DNA from: an uncultured Methanosarcinales archaeon
GTDB lineage: Archaea; Nanobdellota; Nanobdellia; Woesearchaeales; JABIAG01
Reading direction: 5' to 3'
Assembly: GCA_964544335.1 (NCBI GenBank)
Contig: CAZJAJ010000003.1
Span: 11,589-75,588 of the forward strand
Length of the DNA: 64,000 nt
Shown here: positions 10,599 through 20,262 of the stretch, piece after piece
Layout of the letters: each line of letters starts with the position of its first letter
How positions within the stretch are numbered: position 1 is the stretch's first letter
Program-made: the position numbers and the translations under genes
Notes under the pieces: generated by a model
Told to the model about the DNA's origin: nothing
The model's input: the letters and a program-made list of their open reading frames with translations, nothing else
The model's database searches: none

Positions 10599-11363
10599 CT
10601 ATTTTAGTCTTCTTACAAAGGTGAGAAATGCAGTGTGGCCAAGGCCATCAGATACTGGACGTACTGCTTTTTGCTTTACTTTCCATTTTCGGGCAATAAT
10701 TTCTTGTGTTTTTATCCACATGAGCCCATCATCTTCATGTATTTGATTGCAAAATTCTTGAATTTGCACTGTTGATGGGACGTATGCTACGATGAAACCG
10801 CCAATTTTTACTGCTTTTTTTGCAGTTTCTATACATGTCCATGGTTCTGGCATGTCAAGAATGACTGCGTCAACGTTTTCTTGATCAATTTTTTTTGATA
10901 CATCTTGTAGTTTGAATGTTACATTTTCTATGTGTAAATTTTTGATGTTCTGTTTTGCTATTGCAAAATGTTCTTCATTTATGTCATAGGAGTAGACGTG
11001 TTTAATTAAGCGTGCTAGAAAACAGGTAAGCGCTCCAGACCCAGATCCTGCTTCTACAACGATTGAATCTTTTGTTAGCCCTGTTTCTGCAAGAATGATT
11101 CCTGCGTCTTTTGGCGTTATTACTTGTGCACCTCGTTTTACATGTGTCATGTCATCTACTGCAGTTGCATCAAAACATGAGAATACGTCACCTTTGTTGG
11201 TAGTTACTTCATTATTGTTGAAGTCTTCTTTTTTTATGGTACCTTCTTCGATGTGCACGTCTTGATCTGTTTTTCTGATGTAGTAGGTTCTAGGTTTTGC
11301 AATAGTCTTCTCTCTACCTTCTACTACAATCTTTTTTCCTTTGTTCATCAAGACTTTTGCCAT
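10599..11363 (-). CDS. trmI: tRNA (adenine-N1)-methyltransferase TrmI (Gcd14 family)
   Basis: GAQVITPKDAGIILAETGL...VVEAGSGSGALTCFLARL...YSYDINEEHFAIAKQN matches the TrmI/Gcd14 architecture. Confidence 0.8.
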   Translation of the reverse strand: MAKVLMNKGKKIVVEGREKTIAKPRTYYIRKTDQDVHIEEGTIKKEDFNNNEVTTNKGDVFSCFDATAVDDMTHVKRGAQVITPKDAGIILAETGLTKDSIVVEAGSGSGALTCFLARLIKHVYSYDINEEHFAIAKQNIKNLHIENVTFKLQDVSKKIDQENVDAVILDMPEPWTCIETAKKAVKIGGFIVAYVPSTVQIQEFCNQIHEDDGLMWIKTQEIIARKWKVKQKAVRPVSDGLGHTAFLTFVRRLK

Positions 11364-11399
11364 GTAGTAGAGAATTGAGGATGGCTTTAAAAAACTACC

Positions 11400-11933
11400 T
11401 TATGAAAGTCTTTCTAGAAGGACTCTCTGCCTCTTATAATCAGGTATTTTCACACTGTTTAGAATGTTTTGTGGATTTGATGTTGGAAAATTATCTATTG
11501 CTGCATCATTCCATTCTCTTTTCTTGGGATCAAAATGATCACCACGATAGGATTGTAGCCATTCAAAAGGCATTATTGGAAATTGTATTCCATTTATTCT
11601 TGCAGTATTTGTGAAAGCATCCTTTTTTGTTATTTCTCTTCGTCTATTCCCATGGGTGATGTAACAACTATCATCTTCATGTATGAGTAATAGACCGATA
11701 TGTGTGTTATTTTTTTGAAATTCAAAGATGTTACTTTTTTTATATGTCTCAAACCCTTCATTTTCAAAGACTCTTCTTAGTGATGTGAACTGATCTTGTT
11801 TTAGACAGACATCAAGATCTTCATGCTCCCTTGGTTTTGAGGAGAATGGTTCAAGTGCCCACCCACCAAAGATGTAGTATTCAAATGGTTGTAGTAAGTC
11901 AATGGTACTTTGAAGATCTTGCAGGGTAAACAT
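11400..11933 (-). CDS. nucleotidyltransferase-fold protein (LinB/ANT-like)
   Basis: GGWALEPFSSKPREHEDLDV is a GG..hD.D polymerase-beta-type nucleotidyltransferase motif. Confidence 0.5.
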   Translation of the reverse strand: MFTLQDLQSTIDLLQPFEYYIFGGWALEPFSSKPREHEDLDVCLKQDQFTSLRRVFENEGFETYKKSNIFEFQKNNTHIGLLLIHEDDSCYITHGNRRREITKKDAFTNTARINGIQFPIMPFEWLQSYRGDHFDPKKREWNDAAIDNFPTSNPQNILNSVKIPDYKRQRVLLERLS

Positions 11934-11997
11934 GTATGGTGAGAATGATTGTGGTATTAAAAAGACTTAGAATAAAATAAGAAAAAAAAGAAAAAAA

Positions 11998-12624
11998 CTA
12001 ATCAACTCGGATTGAGAAGTCAGTAATTCCATAGAGTTTTGGACTTCCGCCTTCAAGTTGATCTGCATTATGGTTAAGAATTCTAAAGACATATGTTGCC
12101 TTCATGGTATCTACGCCTGGAGCAATTTCATCACCCACTGTAAATTGAATTGTTACTACTTCCATTCCATTTCTATCAACGCTAACTACACTTACTCTTT
12201 CTGAGTCTAGCCATCTCATGATAGTATCAGCATCTGCTTGTTGAATAGGATTCATGTAGGTGTCTCTTGCTTCAACAAATTCAACGGTTTGTTGTACATT
12301 TAGTTGATCAAGACCCGGATTGGTAATTCCGTGAGCAAATGCATAGGTGTCGCCAACTTCTAATTTTTTGTTGGTAGGCATTATTTTAAAGTAGTCGCCT
12401 ATTTTTAGGATGCCTTCTAATTTTTCAACATTATCAAGACCCATTACTTCTTTATCATCATCCATGGTGTCCATCATGTCTGGTTCATCATCCATTTCTA
12501 CTGCATCATCATCCATTGCAGGCATATCATCATCTACTACTTCTGCTTGTTGCTCTGCTGGAGCTGCACATCCAACGAGTGCAACTAGTGCAATAAGCGC
12601 CATTACTAACAAAATGTGTTTCAT
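11998..12624 (-). CDS. putative secreted lipoprotein with acidic D/M-rich linker
   Basis: Signal peptide with a lipobox-like LVALVGC, followed by a DDDMPAMDDDAVEMDDEPDMMD low-complexity region and a beta-rich C-terminus. Confidence 0.5.
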   Translation of the reverse strand: MKHILLVMALIALVALVGCAAPAEQQAEVVDDDMPAMDDDAVEMDDEPDMMDTMDDDKEVMGLDNVEKLEGILKIGDYFKIMPTNKKLEVGDTYAFAHGITNPGLDQLNVQQTVEFVEARDTYMNPIQQADADTIMRWLDSERVSVVSVDRNGMEVVTIQFTVGDEIAPGVDTMKATYVFRILNHNADQLEGGSPKLYGITDFSIRVD

Positions 12625-12716
12625 AGTAATTCCTGTGTATTTAAGAGTATAAAAGATTTGTTATGTTCAATATCCGCACAAAACTTTATAAAAACGCTTT
12701 GTCGACCAGTAGGTAT

Positions 12717-12825
12717 GCGGAGGTAGCCAAGCGGTAAGGCATTCGGCTGCAACGGGATGATGAGCACCTAAGTGCTGTGACTGATAGATCCCGAAGATTC
12801 GTGGGTTCGATCCCCACCCTCCGCT
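12717..12825 (+). tRNA. tRNA-Cys(GCA) with a 37-nt intron at the canonical 37/38 position (intron about 12753..12789)
   Basis: Manual fold gives acceptor GCGGAGG/CCTCCGC with a U73 discriminator. The anticodon stem is TTCGG/CCGAA with loop CTGCAAC interrupted by CGGGATGATGAGCACCTAAGTGCTGTGACTGATAGAT. The T arm is GTGGG-TTCGATC-CCCAC. A TATA-like CTTTATAAAAA lies about 25 nt upstream. No CCA is encoded. Confidence 0.85.
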
Positions 12826-13487
12826 TTCACTTTCATACATTCTTCTAAACGTTCTGCTTTAGCTATTGAAGAAAATCCAATATTGTACGAAAAGGCAGAG
12901 ATGTGAGATGGTCTGATCTCAATCTTAAGCGTCTTGCTTAAAGACCCGTCCTTTCTTTTATTGCCCGCGGACAATCTGATTCCAGACGTTTTAACACCAA
13001 ATTCGAGTAGCATTGATTTAATTTGTCTAAAATACTCCATAGCATCTGTAATGAGCTCTTCATTTTTGTTCATTGTATATGTTAATCTCCACCTTCCTGA
13101 ACTCTCACAAAAAATACTTCCCTCAGCATCATAAATTGACTGTAAATAAGCCTTCTTCACTTCAGATTTACCTTTGTAAATCCAAGAAGGAACTTTAAAA
13201 GGAATATTAGTTTTATTTCCAACAGGCACACCATATTGCTTTAGATATGCGGATATTTTCTTATTTGAAAAGAATAGTTTGTATCTAAGGTTATTTCCTC
13301 GACGGTCTTCATGGCATGATCCCGTGATGCCAAATACTTCTTTACAGTATTGTTGGAATTGTTTTACTTCTTCTATTTGCTTTGAGTAAAAAGAAAAAAC
13401 ACCTCTTCTACTATCAAGCTGTAAATGACCGTCCGTTGTTAGAAGGGCAACGATTTTTGCAAGAATTTCATTAGATTTGGAATGCAT
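12768..13487 (-). CDS. double-motif LAGLIDADG homing endonuclease-like protein
   Basis: Two LAGLIDADG-type motifs (LAKIVALLTTDGHLQL and KAYLQSIYDAEGSIF) about 95 aa apart. The 239-aa ORF lies antisense between tRNA-Cys and tRNA-Arg. Its last ~19 codons overlap the 3' half of tRNA-Cys. Confidence 0.65.
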   Translation of the reverse strand: MHSKSNEILAKIVALLTTDGHLQLDSRRGVFSFYSKQIEEVKQFQQYCKEVFGITGSCHEDRRGNNLRYKLFFSNKKISAYLKQYGVPVGNKTNIPFKVPSWIYKGKSEVKKAYLQSIYDAEGSIFCESSGRWRLTYTMNKNEELITDAMEYFRQIKSMLLEFGVKTSGIRLSAGNKRKDGSLSKTLKIEIRPSHISAFSYNIGFSSIAKAERLEECMKVKAEGGDRTHESSGSISHST

Positions 13488-13548
13488 GCTACTTGAATAT
13501 TTTTTTAATTATAAAATCTGCTCTAGAATTTGTCCAGTGAAAAAAAAA

Positions 13549-13623
13549 CGGTCCCGCTGGGATTCGAACCCAGGATCTACAGCTTAGAAGGCTGTCGCGT
13601 TATCCAGGCTACGCTACGGGACC
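13549..13623 (-). tRNA. tRNA-Arg(TCT)
   Basis: Reverse complement folds as GGTCCCG-TA-GCGTAGCCTGGATAACGC-G-ACAGC-CTTCTAA-GCTGT-AGATC-CTGGG-TTCGAAT-CCCAG-CGGGACC-G. A TATA-like TTTATAAA lies about 25-30 nt upstream on the minus strand. Confidence 0.9.
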
Positions 13624-13711
13624 AATAGAAGGTAGGGAAGATAGAACTTTTATAAATGTTTAGGGTCGTCTTGGGCTTATCTTTTTATGTTCTAATTGAT
13701 ATCTTATAGAT

Positions 13712-14101
13712 ATGAGTCATATTGTTCCACCACTTGCAAAACCTACACTTGAGATGTTTCTTAGACATAATAGGATGGGCGTAAAAAATGTTGAACTAAA
13801 AGCCGAGGGAGAATACATTGCATCAGCATATCTTCCTGATGTGGGAAACCTTACCTTGAATATTCTTAAAGGTGAAGAATCATTTGAAATTCCCGGGTGT
13901 GATTATTTTGGACGACAAGTTGTTGATGTTTTTCATTATCGACTTGTGGGTGAGCTATACATGATTCCACTTTCACTACATACCGTACTGTCAATAAATA
14001 CTGTTTATACAAAAGATGGGAAAGTATGTGATGAAGGAAGTAATTTTAGATTTATTCGAAAAGACACTGCAAAAGAAATTACTTTTCTTGAAGATTTTTA
14101 A
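13712..14101 (+). CDS. hypothetical protein
   Basis: 129-aa ORF with no recognisable motifs. It fills the gap between tRNA-Arg and the Lrp gene. Confidence 0.4.
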   Translation: MSHIVPPLAKPTLEMFLRHNRMGVKNVELKAEGEYIASAYLPDVGNLTLNILKGEESFEIPGCDYFGRQVVDVFHYRLVGELYMIPLSLHTVLSINTVYTKDGKVCDEGSNFRFIRKDTAKEITFLEDF

Positions 14102-15108
14102 TTAAAGATACAATCAGGTGCATAGGTGTATACAAATTGTGTGTTTGCACTGAGTGTTGCATATGATGTAATTTGTAGCGGGAAGAGCATTCTTAATTCA
14201 TTGATGAGTTCATGAAATTCATTTTGTTTTTTTACGGCAACATACATCATAATATTATATCGTCCAATGGTTTTGACAGCCCAAAGAAGGTGATCATTTT
14301 GTTCAGTGTATGTTTTGAGTGTATTCTCTTTTTGTTCATCCATGCTGGTGATATTCATGAGGACTGCATGAATGCTGTATCCTAGCGTTCCATATTGGAT
14401 GATGGGAATGTATCCTAGAATAATTCCCCCTTGCATGTGTTTCATGCGATATCTTACGATGTCTGTTGAGAGTTTTGCTTCTTTTGCAATATCAACTACC
14501 GATTTTGTTGCATTGTTACGTAATACTTTTAGGATTGCTTTGTCTTTTTCATCAATATCTGTTTCCTTCTTTTTTGAACGATCGTATTTTTGACTGAGGG
14601 TGAAGCTTTCTGGAAGTGCTCCGCTTTTGAATCCTTTAGTAATTGTGAGGAGCTCTACTTCCTGTACTAAACTTCCAACTGATTTCATAAGTGTTGAGAG
14701 TTTTTCATCAAATGCTCTTGGCGATTTTGCAATGATGGCAACTTGAAAATCATATGGGCCATAAAATTTTACTACAGATCGTATGAAATCAAATGACTGT
14801 AGTGCATCAACAAGTGTTTTTTCAACTTTTGGAGATGGATTAGTTAAACGTAAAAACAAATGATAGGCATCATATCCTAGTAGTGCGGTGTCAACAATAG
14901 TTCTGTATCCTTTTATGACACCTTGGTCTTCAAATTTTTGTATGCGATATTTTATTGCATCTCTTGATAGACGAAGTTCTTTTGCAATTTTTGATGTTGA
15001 TAGCCTTGCATCTTTGCTTATTGCATAGAGTAGTTTTTTGTCTTTTGCATCTAATTTTGCTTCTATGCACGGTTTTTGATTGTTTGCGTAGGTTTTAAGA
15101 AACTTCAC
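14098..15108 (-). CDS. tandem-fused Lrp/AsnC-family transcriptional regulator (two HTH-AsnC plus RAM units)
   Basis: Two repeated modules, each with an HTH followed by a ligand-binding domain. The first is LDAKDKKLLYAISKDARLSTSKIAKELRLSRDAIKYRIQKFEDQGVIKGY. The second is IDEKDKAILKVLRNNATKSVVDIAKEAKLSTDIVRYRMKHMQGGIILGY. Confidence 0.8.
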   Translation of the reverse strand: MKFLKTYANNQKPCIEAKLDAKDKKLLYAISKDARLSTSKIAKELRLSRDAIKYRIQKFEDQGVIKGYRTIVDTALLGYDAYHLFLRLTNPSPKVEKTLVDALQSFDFIRSVVKFYGPYDFQVAIIAKSPRAFDEKLSTLMKSVGSLVQEVELLTITKGFKSGALPESFTLSQKYDRSKKKETDIDEKDKAILKVLRNNATKSVVDIAKEAKLSTDIVRYRMKHMQGGIILGYIPIIQYGTLGYSIHAVLMNITSMDEQKENTLKTYTEQNDHLLWAVKTIGRYNIMMYVAVKKQNEFHELINELRMLFPLQITSYATLSANTQFVYTYAPDCIFN

Positions 15109-15215
15109 AATACCTCCAAAATGGATTTTCTATATAAAATTTCCCATTTTCACGTATTTTTTACTAAGAGATTACTTATTGTTTGCTTCGCTTACTAGAT
15201 GTAGGAGGTGGTATT

Positions 15216-15842
15216 ATGACCACAGAACTTTGCTCACATTTGATGAGATATGCAACAGCAAGAATGGCACGATTGCCATATCACAATAAGGACCATGTTG
15301 GTTTTGTATTTAGAACAAGTAATCAGCTCGGATGTGCTGAAGGATTTAATCAGCGAGAGCTTGACATGACACGAGATGCTGCTGCCTTGCACGATATCAT
15401 CTATAGGGTGGGCGCAAAAGATAATGAAATAAGAAGTGCAGAAGTTGCACGAAACTTACTTGGTAAACAGGGGTATGAAGATGAGCGTCTTGCGATTATT
15501 GCACAAGCCATTGAAGCAACGCAACTTCCACAACATCCTGAGACTGTTGTTGCACAAGCACTGTGTGATGCAGATCTTGCAGGGCTTGGTATGCAGCGTT
15601 TTTGGAGAGACACTGAACTAGTACGACAAGAGTTTGGTGTTGAAGATCAACTCAAATGGTACAGCGGCGTTAGAAAATTATTAGAAGGCCAAACATACTT
15701 TACTGTTGCAGCACGAGATGCGTACCAGAGAGGTGTTGATAAAAATATTAAATTTGTTGGGACACTCATTGACAGACTAGAAGGCGAAGATAAAATTGAA
15801 CCTGTAGAGTTTGGTCGATTGCTTTGGCATGCTAGTGCTTAG
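15216..15842 (+). CDS. HD-domain phosphohydrolase
   Basis: H...HD signature (HNKDH ... AALHDI). The ATG at 15216 is preceded by GGAGGTGG. The track ORF begins at an upstream TTG. Confidence 0.6.
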   Translation: MTTELCSHLMRYATARMARLPYHNKDHVGFVFRTSNQLGCAEGFNQRELDMTRDAAALHDIIYRVGAKDNEIRSAEVARNLLGKQGYEDERLAIIAQAIEATQLPQHPETVVAQALCDADLAGLGMQRFWRDTELVRQEFGVEDQLKWYSGVRKLLEGQTYFTVAARDAYQRGVDKNIKFVGTLIDRLEGEDKIEPVEFGRLLWHASA

Positions 15843-15844
15843 GA

Positions 15845-16602
15845 CTAACGTTTATTTTTTCTTTTTGATATGTTCCACAAGTTATTGAAGTAGTCAAGAA
15901 AAGAGTTTGCTAGTGCTTTTGAAGTAATAAGTACTTGGATTCCTTCTACATCCCATGCAATCACGAGTATTTTTGATTTTGAGATTACAATAGAAGAAGG
16001 ATTGTGTATGTTTGTAAATTTTATATCGATGTTCTTTAATGTACCATACCATTTTTTAGGGTCTTTAGTTGATTGATGATATATTGCTTTTACACCTATT
16101 CCTTTTTCTTTAACTGAAGCAAAAAAATTCTGAAGAGTGATTTTATAGTTTTGGGGTATGTCATCTTTTGTACCAAGGACATAGAATTCATCTCCTTTTT
16201 TGAGATCCATTATGAAATCACCAAGTGATGATCTGTATCCTTTTACACCAACATACATTTGAGCACTTTTTTTTCATGCATACTTTGAAGAACATTAAAG
16301 TACGGTAAAGAGTTTTCAACACTTTTTTTAAGATCATCAATTTCGTCCTTTTTTTCATTTAGTATTTCAATAAGACGCTGTGGATTTGTTGGAATAAATT
16401 CCTTTACTCCATCAACCAGTATTTCTGAGACTAATCCTTTCTTTTCTAGTTTTGAGAGAATAATGTATGATTTTGAATTAGAAATACCTGATTTTTCAAC
16501 GATGGGACCTGCAGTTGACTGCCCTATTTGTAGTAAAGCAAGATATACCTTTGATTCACCTTCCGTTAAGCCTATTTTTTCAAGTGTTTTTTTAACATCC
16601 AT
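15845..16602 (-). pseudogene. TrmB-family regulator paralog disrupted by a 1-nt frameshift in an A8 homopolymer
   Basis: The N-terminal HTH part (16243..16602) and the TrmB C-domain part (15845..16258) are in different frames and overlap. Inserting one A into the minus-strand A8 tract (plus-strand T8 at 16267..16274) would read ...LQSMHEKKSAQMYVGVKGYRS... This aligns with the intact TrmB at 3041..3769 (IKDISSVEIYEGFKGVYTLLTDVF). Confidence 0.6.
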
Positions 16603-16662
16603 GACCCCTCAAGGGGGCGAGAGAATATAAGTACTTCTTACCACTTACTGGTAGTACAGATT

Positions 16663-16878
16663 ATGGCAACTACTGCCATAGGAGAATTACACATGAGCAT
16701 TGAAAATAGTTTATTTTACAATAAATGGAAAGCATACCATGATGATGAAATGAGAATTGCTGATGAAGAAAGACAAAAAAAGGGAATAGAATACATAAGA
16801 CATGGAAAAACCATAGATTATGTTATTGAAACCGATCCACATACAGGAAAAAGAAACACATACATGGTTAACTTTTAG
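16663..16878 (+). CDS. hypothetical small protein
   Basis: 71-aa ORF in an intergenic gap, with no supporting features. Confidence 0.25.
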   Translation: MATTAIGELHMSIENSLFYNKWKAYHDDEMRIADEERQKKGIEYIRHGKTIDYVIETDPHTGKRNTYMVNF

Positions 16879-16897
16879 AAAAAATACCTAGATTGCT

Positions 16898-17977
16898 CTA
16901 AGGCAACCATTTCTTTTTGTTTTTTATTTTTTCAGGTAAGTACTTCTCGATTACGTAGTTGAGTCCGTGCGCTGCAAATGCTTGCTGCTCTACTCTGACT
17001 TTCATCTTTGCCATTTTTTCAAGTGCTTTTTGCCACTCTTTGTGATGTTGTACGAATGGATCGTTCTTGATACCATCTTTGATACGTTTTAGATCAACAT
17101 CTTTTAGTGGGTGCGTTGGAATTTTGTAATCGTCAATGTCACCTGGTGTTACACCAATGAACTTTGCGTTAGGTACGCAGAAGTATTCGTTGATGTGTGC
17201 TGCGTTACCTGAACCTACTTTGAGTGTTCGGTAGATGTTAAGGTAACCGTATGGATCCCCATCTGTGAATACGTAGACAGGGAGTTTTTGGGAATCACTA
17301 AGTCTTCTTATGAATCGTCTTAGTGCACGCGTTGGGACCCCACCCATACTGATTAAAATGCAATTTGCTTTTTTGTAATAATTATGTTTTACAAGTCGTT
17401 GAAACATACCCGCAGTTTCAATTGCAAGAATAAAGCTTGCTTTTGTTTCAAATTGTAGATGTTCTGTTGATGAGGGTACGGAGTATGCACCGCTCCCAAA
17501 TTTGGTACAATCTACTTTGATTTCTTTTCCGGTGTTTGGATCAACATCAATTACGATGAGTTCACCTGCAACATCTCCGCCTTTTTCTTCTGGGATGAAT
17601 CCTAACTGTTCACGGTTTACGCCAAGCATTGCTTCTACGTCATCCATTACGGTGTCAGATTCAGGTTGCTCTTTAAAGCGAGCATCGCCCCAGTTTTTAG
17701 ATACGTAGTATGCTTCTCTCTTTGTTGCCATGTCATCTCTACTTACGATGTCTTTTGAGAGTGCCATCATACGCAATGTTTGTGCGAATGTTTTGATCGT
17801 TGCTGCAGTAAGTGTTCGCTCTTTTGTTTTACCTAGTTGTTTGAAATAGCCATCTTTTTCATTATACTCTACATTTGAGAGTGAACGAATAGGTGTTTCA
17901 ACTACTGGTTGTTTTTTCTTTAGGATTGTTTTGTAAATATTATTTGATATTTTTTGGATGCCATCAATTACTTTCAT
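16898..17977 (-). CDS. top6A: DNA topoisomerase VI subunit A (Spo11-like)
   Basis: Catalytic-Tyr region REAYYVS, Toprim [10 protein letters not shown] and VFTDGDPYG. It overlaps top6B by 4 nt. Confidence 0.9.
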   Translation of the reverse strand: MKVIDGIQKISNNIYKTILKKKQPVVETPIRSLSNVEYNEKDGYFKQLGKTKERTLTAATIKTFAQTLRMMALSKDIVSRDDMATKREAYYVSKNWGDARFKEQPESDTVMDDVEAMLGVNREQLGFIPEEKGGDVAGELIVIDVDPNTGKEIKVDCTKFGSGAYSVPSSTEHLQFETKASFILAIETAGMFQRLVKHNYYKKANCILISMGGVPTRALRRFIRRLSDSQKLPVYVFTDGDPYGYLNIYRTLKVGSGNAAHINEYFCVPNAKFIGVTPGDIDDYKIPTHPLKDVDLKRIKDGIKNDPFVQHHKEWQKALEKMAKMKVRVEQQAFAAHGLNYVIEKYLPEKIKNKKKWLP

Positions 17978-19641
17978 TGTTCATCCTCCTCATTTTCTTC
18001 TTCTTCGCCTTCATCTGCTTTTCCTATTTTTGCAAAGTTTTCATCATAATCAGGATTGTCAATTTTTCCTACTTCTGCAACTTTTCCTCGTGAACTTTCA
18101 AGTATTTTTTCGAGTAATTCTTGGATTTTTTTATCATCTTCATCTTTGAGTTCAAGGAGTTCTTTGAGTGCGTCTGCAACGTGTGGAATGTATTTTTCAA
18201 TGTAGCTTCGTTTCTTTAATTCAAGTCCCACACGTTTCTTTTTGTTTACGTATGATCCGAGCTTTCTTCCACATTCTTGGATTGCGAGTTTCATTTCTTT
18301 GAGAATTTCATCATATGATGCAATTGCTTCTTTGGATTCTGATGTGAATGGTACCCATACGGATGCGATGTGTACTACAATACTAATTGCTCCAACTGGC
18401 ACGTTTGATCCTGATTGTTGTAGACCATAGGGTCTCCAGTTTACTTGGGTTACTGCTTTGTTTACAGCGCCTGCTGATTGTTGGAAGAGAAGTGGTACTC
18501 TGTTTGCAAAGCGAATGAGTCGTGCTGCCTTATCTCCTTTTTGTTCTCCACCATAGGCAAGTGCTACTTCAACAACAAATGGATTACCTCTGTATACGCT
18601 TGCAGGTCTTGAAACTGATGCGTAGAATTCTGCATTGATTTCTTTTCTTAGACCTTTTTCAAGATTTTCTGCACCTATTGGTGAAATACAATCGGTTGGC
18701 GGTGATGAGATCTTTGTTTTTCTAATCCCTTTGAGAATTTTCTCTGCCATATCTCTGTTAATATCTTTTGGCTTTACGTTTGGCAAGATTGCTGCGTGTT
18801 CGCAAATTTCTTTTGCCGTTCCAGCACCCACTCTTGAGAATTCAGAGGTTAAGAATGATTGTAGTGTTCGAGATTCGGTGTAGGAAAGCATTCTTATGAG
18901 CATACCCAGTTCAATACCATATGGGTGTGGTTTGATTTCTTTTGGTGTTGGTGGGAGTTCTTCTACTGCTCGTGCAAAGATGTATTGCTCTGCTCTCGGA
19001 TTAGTATAGATGATTGTGGTGTGTGGATTTGCAATTGCGGTTTGTTTGAGATATTCATCAATGGATTGTGATCCTTTTTGATAAGTTGCTTCCAGATCAA
19101 GCTCTACTCTGGTACCGTGTTCTTTTTTCCACTCTTTTGTAGATTCACTTACAATGTCTGGTTTGTTATTTTCAGTATCTAGTTTGAGCTCAAGAAAATT
19201 TGCTTGTTTATTTTTGCCTGTTTTTGAGGTGATTTTTGCAGGTTTTCCTGTGGTGAGTTGTGCGTACATGACAGATGCTGAAATACCAATACCTTGTTGT
19301 CCTCGTGTTTGAGAAAGTTTGTGGAATTTAGAACCGTAAAGAAGTTTTGCAAAGATTTTAGGAAGTTGTGCTTTTACGATACCTGGACCGTTGTCTTCAA
19401 CAATCACTCTAAATCGTTTATCACCAAGTTCAATGACTTCAACAATGATTTCAGGTAAGATTCCTGCTTCTTCACATGCATCAAGAGAGTTATCTACTGC
19501 TTCCTTGATGGTGGTCATTAATGCTTTTCTTGGGTTATCAAATCCGAGTAAATGTCTGTTCTTTTCAAAGAATGCTGCAACGGAAATTTCACGTTGTTTT
19601 GTTGCCATTTCTTCAGCAGCGCTGAGTTTTGTTTGAGCCAT
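17974..19641 (-). CDS. top6B: DNA topoisomerase VI subunit B (GHKL ATPase)
   Basis: Bergerat-fold motifs ([27 protein letters not shown]), a transducer domain and a C-terminal acidic tail. Confidence 0.9.
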   Translation of the reverse strand: MAQTKLSAAEEMATKQREISVAAFFEKNRHLLGFDNPRKALMTTIKEAVDNSLDACEEAGILPEIIVEVIELGDKRFRVIVEDNGPGIVKAQLPKIFAKLLYGSKFHKLSQTRGQQGIGISASVMYAQLTTGKPAKITSKTGKNKQANFLELKLDTENNKPDIVSESTKEWKKEHGTRVELDLEATYQKGSQSIDEYLKQTAIANPHTTIIYTNPRAEQYIFARAVEELPPTPKEIKPHPYGIELGMLIRMLSYTESRTLQSFLTSEFSRVGAGTAKEICEHAAILPNVKPKDINRDMAEKILKGIRKTKISSPPTDCISPIGAENLEKGLRKEINAEFYASVSRPASVYRGNPFVVEVALAYGGEQKGDKAARLIRFANRVPLLFQQSAGAVNKAVTQVNWRPYGLQQSGSNVPVGAISIVVHIASVWVPFTSESKEAIASYDEILKEMKLAIQECGRKLGSYVNKKKRVGLELKKRSYIEKYIPHVADALKELLELKDEDDKKIQELLEKILESSRGKVAEVGKIDNPDYDENFAKIGKADEGEEEENEEDEQ

Positions 19642-19713
19642 CTGTGATAGAGCTTCTGGGGGGTTTTATAAAATTTACTATGAGGTTTATAATTTATCGA
19701 CGATAGAATTTGT

Positions 19714-20262
19714 CTATAACATGCCTTCATCTGGCATAAACTTCATTTTTCTTCGCTGTTTTTCAAGGAATGTGTATACTGAAGAGTGTGGTGATCCTTG
19801 AATAAGCATGGAAAGTGCACGTTTACACATGGTTACGCCTGCAACTTCACCTATGATGGAGATGGTTTTCCCATATACAGAGATGTAGGTTTCGGTTAAA
19901 TCTTCAATAGTTCTTCGAGATTTTCCCCCTTCACCAATGATTCTTCCTTTGAGGCGTTGCATATCATTTTTGTTTCGCGCTATGTCTTTGAGCTCAATGA
20001 GTTCAAATGAGTAATCAGGTTTTAGTAACAGAAATGCGAGATCTGGATTAAATCCTCGTGCGATTGCTTTGATAATTTCACGTGCAATCATGAGTTGAAG
20101 GCCATCATCGCCTGTTACCGTAATGACTCCTTCAACAGAATCCACGTCTAGAACAGTGTTTGTTTCTTTTTCGATCTTTCGCTTAATCTTGCCTTTTGTA
20201 CCAATCACTATTGGAAGGCGCTCTTTTGGGATTTTGAGATCGTAGGAGTAGTTTTCCATCAT
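19714..20262 (-). CDS. KH-domain RNA-binding protein (Dim2/Pno1-like, two KH domains)
   Basis: Two KH GxxG modules (IVIGTKGKIKRKIEKET and RIIGEGGKSRRTIEDLT). It is co-directional with and 4-nt overlapping the RIO kinase gene, the conserved archaeal RIO-KH pair. Confidence 0.7.
   Translation of the reverse strand: MMENYSYDLKIPKERLPIVIGTKGKIKRKIEKETNTVLDVDSVEGVITVTGDDGLQLMIAREIIKAIARGFNPDLAFLLLKPDYSFELIELKDIARNKNDMQRLKGRIIGEGGKSRRTIEDLTETYISVYGKTISIIGEVAGVTMCKRALSMLIQGSPHSSVYTFLEKQRRKMKFMPDEGML

Noticed and set aside
12625-13711. Possible integrated element using tRNA-Cys as att site
   Set aside because: I searched downstream for a direct repeat of the tRNA-Cys 3' end (GATTCGTGGGTTCGATCCCCACCCTCCGC) that would mark attR and found none. 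Only the LAGLIDADG gene lies between the two tRNAs.
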